Origin: Octopus sinensis
Taxonomy: Eukaryota
Direction: 5' to 3'
Assembly: GCF_006345805.1 (NCBI RefSeq)
Contig: NC_043014.1
Coordinates: forward strand, 9,982,001-10,046,000
Length of the DNA: 64,000 nt
Shown one piece after another: positions 55,238 to 64,000 of this stretch (within the stretch, counting starts at the first letter, position 1; the number at the start of each line of letters is the position of its first letter). The notes beneath the pieces were generated by a model. It worked only from the letters and a program-made list of their open reading frames with translations, ran no database searches and was not told the DNA's origin. A program made the position numbers and the translations under genes.

Positions 55238-55474
55238 ACTCTTTTACTTGTTTCAGTCAGTTGACTGCGGCCATGCTGGAGCACCGCCTTTAGTCGAGCA
55301 ACTCGACCCTGGGACTTATTCTTTGTAAGCCCAGTACTTATTCTATCGGTCTCTCTTGCCGAACCGCTAAGTGACAGGGACATAAACACACCAGCATCGG
55401 TTGTCAAGCAATGCTAGGGGGACAAACACAGACACACAAACATACACACACACACACACACACACACCACACAC

Positions 55475-55524
<50 letters not shown>

Positions 55525-55692
55525 TATACGACGGGTTTCTTTCAGTTTCCGTCTACCAAATCCACTCACAAGGCTTTGGTCGGCCCGAGTCTATAGTAGA
55601 AGACACTTGCCCAAGATGCCACGCAGTGGGACTGAACCCAGAACCATGTGGTTGGTAAGCAAGCTACTTACCACACAGCCACTCCTGCGCCT
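55238..55692 (-). mobile_element. SINE family D
   Basis: Full-length reverse-complement copy. Confidence 0.9.
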
Positions 55693-56252
55693 ATATGCTT
55701 ACTTTACGTAAATATATTTTCATTCATATTATAATATTACGAAAGCTGTCTAGAATCCAAGCACTATTCCCTATGCAAAGCTGGTGTCGACGACTGAAAC
55801 GTATGATAAGCGTTAATAATGTTAAAAATAAATGAGGTACATCATTGATATCAGTTGAACGTCATTCAAGTGTCTAGATATGTCTATACTTTTATACGTT
55901 TTATATATTGCAAATGGTACTCGAATCTTAATTCGAATTCGTAGACAGGTGCGGTTAGAGAGACAAGGGATAAAATGTGTCACACAATGTCAATAGAGAT
56001 AAATTGGAGCTAATTATTAAAGATTTAATAAGGAATGTTTTTACGAAATTGAAGTTAAGAGCGCTGTAGATATTAGCATAAGGTGTTCAGATTCTAGAAG
56101 TTAACTTAGATTAATTCACAGTCATATTCTTTATATAAAACCTGATGAAAAACTAAAACAAGAACGTTAACCATTCTCTTTCATTTTGTGGCTTTATAAA
56201 ATGACTTATTTTTAATAGATCCTCATAGAAAACCACATTAGAAAAACTGTGC

Positions 56253-56678
56253 GGATCTTTTCGGTTTGAACGGCAGCTTTTTCTAGCGGTATCATATGAA
56301 ATTGTCACCCATAATTATGACCCTAGTTTCGATCCATTGCATTTTAATCTGTTTTAGGTTTAGGGTTAGTTAGGGTTAGGGGTGGAGGGAAGGGTATCGT
56401 TTTTTATTCACAAATGTAAATAAACCCAATCTGTTTCTTAAACGAGGGACATATTCATACGGCACAGAATGTTTTTTATCTCAATGGACGTCATTGATTG
56501 GTTGAAATTACAGAAATTGAAGAAAAAACCCAAGAAATATGTTACAAGCTATAGAATTTTCTCAATAAAGCCAAGAGAAAAGATGTTTTATAAACACATT
56601 CTACCAGTATACGAAGTTTAAAATGTTTTAGTTACCTAGAAATTATGTTAAAAACTGCCGTTCAAACCGAAAAAATCC
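56253..56678. mobile_element. MITE with about 29-bp TIRs and 8-bp TSD
   Basis: GGATCTTTTCGGTTTGAACGGCAG / CTGCCGTTCAAACCGAAAAAATCC. TSD aactgtgc / aactgtgt. Confidence 0.8.
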
Positions 56679-57027
56679 AACTGTGTGTTATTGTGGTATG
56701 AAATACGAATGCCTGATAGTTTCAAACAAGAAATATCCGAATATTCAATGATGAGCAATCTACGAAAATAGAAATAAACTTATCACAAAACTAACATCTA
56801 GGCCGAACAATATAGATCACACCCGTAATCACGCTCGCCCACAAATTATTTCTCGGACAAACTATGGAATTCTGATACCCTGAAATTTCTTTGGTGAGAT
56901 CAAAATATCATTTACTTCTCCACTTATGCAATTGTAATGAACGCAATGTAGGTTTTAGCTGCTCTTCAGCAACGGTGACATTACAATTATCATTGAAGTT
57001 GTTCGATGTTGCATATAAACAGTGGAT

Positions 57028-57414
57028 GATGGAAGCACTCCGTCGGTTACGACGACGAGGGTTCCGGTTGATCCGAATCAACGAAACAGCCTGCTCGTGA
57101 AATTAACATGTAAGTGGCTGAGCACTCCACAGACACGTGCACCCTTAACGTAGTTCTCGGGGATATTCAACGTGACACAGAGAGCGACAAGGCCGGCCCT
57201 TTGAAATACAGGTACAACAGAAACAGGAAGTAAGAGTGAGAGAAAGTTGTGGTGAAAGAGTACAGCAGGGATCACCACCATCCCCTGCCGGAGCCTCGTG
57301 GAGCTTTAGGTGTTTTCGCTCAATAAACACTCACAACGCCCGGTCTGGGAATCGAAAACCGCGATCCTATGACCGCGAGTCCGCTGCCCTAACCACTGGG
57401 CCATTGCGCCTCCA
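57028..57414 (-). mobile_element. SINE family A
   Basis: Reverse complement of 1352-1734. TSD catataaacagt. Confidence 0.9.
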
Positions 57415-57757
57415 CATATAAACAGTAAACAAGCGCCAAATGATTTATTTATTCTATTCGAATGGCATTAATTTTGCTGGAATTTACCAATCGAAACTTC
57501 TATCAATTATAATAAGGCTTCTCATATAGATATTTGAAAAGGAAAAATCAATAGACAAACATAATTGTCAACGGCCCTGCATAAGTGTAAATCTCTTCTA
57601 TTATAGATAAGAAGTGGACTATCAATGGACAACTGCTTCAAAGCATGGATACATTCTACTTGGAGTATAAATTCACATTTATCCCAATAATCAATAGTTC
57701 ACGTTAGTAAAAGTCTAAGTGATATTCAGAAACAATTACGATCTTTAAACTAAGGTA

Positions 57758-58004
57758 ATTCTTTATTACCCACTAGAGGCGACACAGAGGGGACACCACA
57801 AGGCATGGGGACATAGAACATTATAATTAAAATTTATGAAAAATGAATTATTAAATTAAAAAAATGATAATATGAAAGCGATGCTAACGGCCCCATCCGT
57901 TAGCATCACTTACCTGTCCTTTGGTTTTCACTGTCACTTAAATGTTCATTCCCAATACGAAGACCATCCATATCCATTCTTACTCCGAAATACTCCTCCA
58001 TATT
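57758..58004 (-). mobile_element. 5'-truncated retroposon with 16-bp TSD and a family-B-like 3' tail
   Basis: TSD tctttaaactaaggta at 57742-57757 and 58005-58020. Tail gtcccctctgtg..gtgggtaataaagaat. Confidence 0.7.
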
Positions 58005-59054
58005 TCTTTAAACTAAGGTAGAGAACGGTTGGTAATATTCTTACAGTTATAAACAGTAAATTTCACAGTGAAAATATGCAAGAAGAGCTTGGTATTAATC
58101 CTTATCGTCTTGTTATTCAAATTATTATCTAAGTCCTGAGGCTTTTAAGCCATCTCCTTATGCAAAGCTTGTGTAAATAAAGGGAAAATGCAAGCATGAA
58201 TATTGATACTTACAGGCGTGGGGATAAAATGTTCGCTTCTCAACATGGTTCCTTGGGAGAAGGGTCTTCTTTTACAGTGCCGGGCAGACCAAAGTCTTAT
58301 GACTGGATTTGATAAGTTCTAACACAAGGAATTCTCGGTCCTTGAGCCACTCTGTAGCAACTGCCTATTATTGATTAAACGTATATATACTCATATTTTG
58401 GGTTCTAATTCTCTGTTTGCATCACAAAAAACTGTTATGTGTGTATGTGTGTATTTATGTGTACTTGTGTGCGTATTATGTATGTACGTATGCATGTATG
58501 TAGTCATGTATTCATGTGTGAGTGCGTATCATGCATGTATGTATGTGTGCGTATTTTGTATGTATGTAATCATGTATTCATGTATATATGTGTCTTTGCG
58601 TCTGTATTCCCAATCTCCACTTGACAGCCGGTGTCAATATGTTTGCGTCTCTGGACCTTAGTAATCTGGCGTGACAGATGGATAGGATAAGTACCGAAAT
58701 TAAAAGAAAAATGCCGGTAAGAGGGCTCTCCGTTCGAATAAAACCAGTCGACGTGTTCCCCCAATGACTGAAACAAGAGAAAGATATAAATACATGTATG
58801 TGTGTTTGTGTTTGTGTGTGTGTGTGTGTCTGTCTGTCTGTCTGTCCGTATGTATGTATGTATGTATGTATGTATGTATGTATGTATGTATGTATGTATG
58901 TATGTATGTATGTATGTATGTATGTATATGTCTGTGTACGCACGTAAGAGCCCTCATTGATGTGTGTCAGCGTAGGATATAAACATCATCTGGAAAGAAT
59001 AAATGCCTTGTAATCTTTGTCCTTCACCCAATTGCATTCATATTTTTACCACTA

Positions 59055-60062
59055 TCTATATATATAAAAAGCGGAGTTTGTGTGTGCGTGTGTGTATTAG
59101 CAGACGTCTGTGTATTTGTATGTCTGTGCACAATGCCAATGATGGAGTGACAAGGGAGAGAAAGAAACAAAGAAGCAATGTGAGGAAGTGGCTTAAGTAA
59201 TAATTATAATTCACAGAAATGATTGTGTGAAAAGTTATTTCTTGCTCCAAAAAATGAAACAGTATCAAGGATTAACCATGAGTTAACGAATAGGATTCCA
59301 ACAGTCATTAAGGAGTACAAATGAGTTGATTCAGTCGTTGATGAAAATCAAGCTGGTCTTTACCGAACAGGGTTCCTTAATTCTCTTGAAACATCTGGAA
59401 CGCCTCCACATAAACTTTTTCTGATGTCCTAATAATGCTTCTAAGATATTTAGATCCTCATAAGTTAAGGCAGTGGGACAAGGTTGATTGTGAATACATT
59501 ATCACATATTGTGATAGAAGCTAACACCATCATTGGATATGCCTTGTAGGAAGAGGTTTTTATTCCAAGAATTCTAATCAAACCAACACACATGCCATTT
59601 GAGTTCAAGAGAACACAATTCCCAGTGCGACCTTGCTTCGCAATAGCTGTTAATAAAGCTGAAGGTCAGAATTTGAAATGTACGGGTTCTACTTAATTGA
59701 GCCTTGCTTCTCTCATGGTCAACTTTATGCTGGTTTCTCCAGGGATGGTAGTTTGCAATATATATTTGTCTATGCTCCAAACCAGAAAACAAAGAATGCT
59801 GTTTACCCAGAAGCTCTTCAAAATGAGATAGAATTTATCTCCCTTCACAGAAGTGGTCAATTTTGCATTTTCGTTATTTATTATCGTTATTTTGTTTTGT
59901 ATTATGAATTCAGAATTCCCCAGTTGAAGAATAAATTGTATCCGAAATAAAGAATAAATTCAATTGAGAATATCAAATTTCTATACAACATATTTTTGGG
60001 TTTTTTCTTCCAATATATAAAGAGTAGTTTCATTCCCGGGCAACGCCGAGTGCTACTTCTAG
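59055..60062 (+). mobile_element. Internally deleted Helitron retaining a decayed helicase C-terminus
   Basis: A|TCtatatatataaaa start. MPFEFKRTQFPVRPCFAIAVNKAEGQ and EPCFSHGQLYAGFSR. Ends cccgggcaacgccgag..CTAG. Confidence 0.85.
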
Positions 60063-60894
60063 AACATCATCAAATGACAAAGTATTTGTTACGTAGGAAA
60101 TCAGTAACTAATGACGATTCTATGCACAAATGTAAAGTTAGCGAAATTCGTAATTACCATATCAACCCATACAACCAAATCAATGAAATTAATCTTAGAA
60201 TTCTTCCATAAAAAAAAATATATATTTTGTATGTTTCGATATATCATTATGAAGCAGTAGATACTCTGACTCAAGTTTGCTTCACTGAAAGCTATATTGT
60301 TCATGTAAATCATATTTCCTTCCTAATAAATAAAAAGAGAACAAAATTTGCATGACATATCATTTTCAACATCTATAAGAGAGCGACGTGTTATGAGGAT
60401 TTAATTCTTTAAACGAAAGCTCACTAAAAAGTCTTGTTATCTTTTTTATTCGAAAACGCGTGGAACGGAATAATGAATGGGAATATTATTAAAACATTCA
60501 TCCATATTTTTAGACACTTACTGACATCGTAATCATCGTGAATTGTCCTGCGCATTGATGGCGCTACAATGAAAGCCTTCCAGATAAAGCGCGAGTTCTC
60601 CCAGCTGCTTTAACACTCTAGTCCAACTAGTTTGTTTTATTCTCCTTCCATCGCGTTTTTTACCTGCCTCTTGATCAACTATCCGCTATTCTTACTTCCA
60701 TGATAATGTTTTCCAGATCTTTGCTTCTCTGAATATGGCTATGATAGATGGGCCATTATTTTTTATCACAATGTTCAGGAGTTGTCGTCTTTCACTTCTT
60801 TGTAACTCCCTTTCATTTCTCCTCAACTGTAAATGCCTATTCGCCAAATCAGACTCGCACTAGCATTTTAAAAAAACTTATTTTGGAACACTTT

Positions 60895-61118
60895 TGCTGC
60901 CCACAAGGGGCTACACACAGAGGGGACAAACAAGGAGAGACAAACGGATTAAGTCGATTATATCGACCCCAGTGCGCAACTGGTTCTTATTTAATCGACC
61001 CCGAAAGGATGAAAGGCAAAGTCGACCTCGGCGGAATTTGAACTCAGAACGTAACGGCAGACGAAATACCACAAAGCATTTCGCTCGTCGTACTAACGGT
61101 CCTGCCAGCTCGCCGGCT
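60895..61118 (-). mobile_element. SINE family B
   Basis: Matches the consensus of other copies. Confidence 0.85.
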
Positions 61119-61784
61119 TCACGCCATTATTATTAACAATGCTTATATAATGAGTCCGTTATATTACTAAGGTAGCACTTATATGCAAAGTACGAATCCC
61201 ACCTGATTTAATCACATATAGCTCAGTTGATTTAATCAGCTGAGCATTGCCTTAAGTTTTGGCAAGCCAAGCATCCTTTAATAAAGAAAAGACGAGTAAT
61301 GTATGATTGTATGTCTTCAAGGATTCAGAATTAACTGAACGCGTTGAAAAACGTTTATTAAGCATTATGATTTATGCTTCAGTATCTACGTGTCTGATTG
61401 TGCGCATACATCTTGGTCAAATCTAGTTTCTCTCAGATAGATCCTTCTTGTGATCAAAGGCATTCTATCTGTCGTTTTGTCAACATGGCGAGCTGAAAAA
61501 TTCCTAGCTCAAATCGTATCGCGAGAAGCCTGGTTGGAGGACCAACCGTCATTGCTCTCAGGAAAACTGAAGGAACGCTTGTCTATCTGAGAGGGGAATA
61601 TGCTAAATAAATTCATAATTAACTGATCTTGTATTTTCTTTACCCAAAGGCCAGGGACTTTTCAGCACCCCTTCGTATATGTAGCACTACATTATAAAAG
61701 AATTGAATTTATGTATGTAGTATGGTGGATTTCTATGGAGATTTGGTCGATATTTCTAGCATTTAAAATTTATTTTTTATTTAT

Positions 61785-62337
61785 GTGCCCTTTTCAAGCC
61801 TAGCCAGGCTCATGGGCCCGGTTTCCCGGTTTCTGTGGCGTTTGTGTTCCCCCCAGCTGGACGGGACTCCAGTCCATCGCAGAGTTACTCAAGAAACAGG
61901 AAGAAAGAGTGAAAGAAAGTTGGGGCAAAAGTGTACCACAGGGGTCGCCCCTACCCTCTGCCGAAGCGTCAGGGCACTTTTAGGTGTGTTCGCTCAATAA
62001 ATACACACAATGTCCGGTCTGGGAATCGAAACCGCATTCCTCCGAGCGCGAGTCCGCTACCCTAACCACTGGGCCATTGCGCCTCCACATAAATAAACGC
62101 GCCCTTTTTAAAGCCTAGCCAGGCTCATGGGCCCGGTTTCAATGGCGCATGTGTTCCCCAGCTGGACGAGACGCCAGTCCATCGCAACGTTACTCATTTT
62201 CGCCAGCTGAGTGGACTGGAGCAACGTGAAATGAAGTGCTTTGCTCAAGAACACAATGCGTCGCCCGGTCCAGGAATCGAAACCACAATCTTACGATCAT
62301 GATGCTGACACCCTAACCACTAAGCCACACACCTCCA
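61785..62337 (-). mobile_element. Chimeric SINE with A head and C tail (61785-62087) abutting a SINE family C copy (62090-62337)
   Basis: Both share the tail cccatgagcctggctaggctt; the heads differ. Confidence 0.8.
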
Positions 62338-63099
62338 CAGCATTTCAAATAATCACATATAATAACACCTCCTGGACGTTATGACTAATTGTATTTGTAT
62401 GCGAGTGCGCGTTCTGTGTATCTGAATATCCATATTTTATAACAAAAATATCGTCTGTATCTCCTCCTCTGAGTAAACTGTATTGATTGAGGTAAGAATA
62501 ATCTTCTGGTTGTAGTCAACAGATACCTTTCAACCTTCCAAATAAATCTTCCTACGAATGACCTTCGGTTATCAAACATGTATTCAATGTTAAGAAGAAA
62601 AACATCACTATAAGCCAGTTATAATTGGCTTTCAAATTGGAAATGATATTTACTGAATTTACATATACTTGCGATACACCGTAATTGATGGGAAATGAAA
62701 TGTCTTGAAGCTAATTGTGTGGTATTTAGTTACACCACCTAATTCCTGCGTATAAATCTTGTCGAGTGAAACCGTTATATATTTGCCGTAAGTAAAATAA
62801 GTATTTAGTATCATGTTTATCGATTGTTCATCTGTGAATCTCTATGAATGTCAGAGATTCGTTATATCAAGCAATTAAATGAGAATTAATATCGGTTTGT
62901 AAACACTGAAATTAAAGTACAAGAGCTTCTTCAAGTTAATTAGTCCTCGTAGTTTACTGGTATTATTTTACTGACCATAGGTCGACTGAGTCGAAAATGG
63001 AAGCGGAGGGAACTACAGACGTTTTGATATTTACTCTCAATTTTCTAACGTTGATTTGAAATTTTATAGTTACATAGATTCATTTGCCCAAATGTAATC

Positions 63100-63546
63100 T
63101 AGTGAGACCCCTGGAACGTTTGCCTTCACAGCAGCAGGCACATCTGCAATGTTTTTCTCACTTCTGCTGGTTGCGGGTCTCCCAGAACGTTCGTCAATAT
63201 CGACATTTTTTCAGCTATCTTAGAAAAGTCTGAAACACTCGTACACTTCTCTGCGGCTCATACACTCTTCTCCATACACTTTCTGCAACTTTGCGTAGAC
63301 CTCAGAGCAGGTATCGCCATGACAACTTTCCTGGCCATGGTCAATGCTACGATCACACGCCACATAATTTCCTTCGATGCACTGCTGTAAGCAGCGGAAG
63401 TGAACTAGAACGTTAAAATTTAGTGCGCATACACAACGGTGTCCGAAGTCAAATTGTGCCAAGCAGCTTCACTCTGCGTGCTACAGCTTCGTTATAAATA
63501 TCCGGACTATGGCGACAGTCCGGATATTTATGCATCAGTCCTCGTA
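63100..63546 (-). mobile_element. mariner-like 5' end and transposase N-terminal remnant
   Basis: LQKVYGEECMSRREVYE and DERSGRP. Terminus tacgaggactgatgcataaatatccggact with a subterminal inverted copy at 63494-63530. Confidence 0.7.
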
Positions 63547-64000
63547 TGTTAAGTGTGCATGTATGTGTACATAGAGTATAATTGTCGATCTCAGTAATAG
63601 TCGACGCCCTACTTTTGACCAAAAATTTAGGAATTTTCCATAGCTCCCGTATAAATGTCTACCCTAATATTTCACGAACAAGAGGACAACTTTTGTGGGT
63701 AACGAAACCTTATTATTTTGTACGTAGAAATTACAATGTTACAAACTCGTGTAGCTAATTTGCTATAGCCTGCTCTATAGGTGGAGTGCAATATGCTTAT
63801 ATTAAATCACCATTTAATAGCGAGTAGTACACATCTGTTGATGGGTGCTACATCGCAATTACTATAACGTATGCACAGGATATGTTGCAAGCGTATTTCT
63901 GTTTCACTTCTGAAATCTCGATCTCACATGCAATGGTTTCTTTTTCAAGAACGAACAAAAATCTGTTACCAGAGGTCTCTTCTTTCCTCGTTACTGGGCA

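Noticed and set aside
56352-56385. Interstitial telomere
   Set aside because: Only a few imperfect TTAGGG units, internal to a MITE.
57914-58012. Apparent minus-strand coding exon (polypyrimidine-AG, ATG, CAG|GTAAGT with a hairpin over the donor)
   Set aside because: It lies inside a retroposed insert bounded by a perfect 16-bp TSD, and the putative acceptor is within the TSD itself. No partner exons were found.

Overview
AT-rich, microsatellite-dense eukaryotic DNA made almost entirely of transposable elements. The SINE and microsatellite make-up suggests a coleoid cephalopod such as Octopus (inference only). No host gene exon could be supported. Main contents: (1) a 6.7-kb, nearly intact autonomous Helitron (30183-36887, minus) whose Rep-Helicase is broken by only two 1-nt frameshifts, plus five shorter Helitrons sharing its 3' hairpin; (2) at least four tRNA-derived SINE families with shuffled heads and tails, two of which share 3' tails with longer retroposons in this window; (3) two clusters of R4/Dong-like non-LTR elements stacked inside (AAT)n; (4) CR1-group LINE and mariner remnants, including a mariner foldback and an 8-bp-TSD MITE. 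The most interesting signal is non-coding. Seven type I hammerhead-ribozyme folds (plus a decayed copy and a half copy), from about six unrelated sequence families, sit in small elements embedded in (TA)n tracts. These elements have direct or inverted terminal duplications, and a Penelope-type GIY-YIG remnant lies next to two of them, pointing to a Penelope-like/retrozyme system that targets TA microsatellites.
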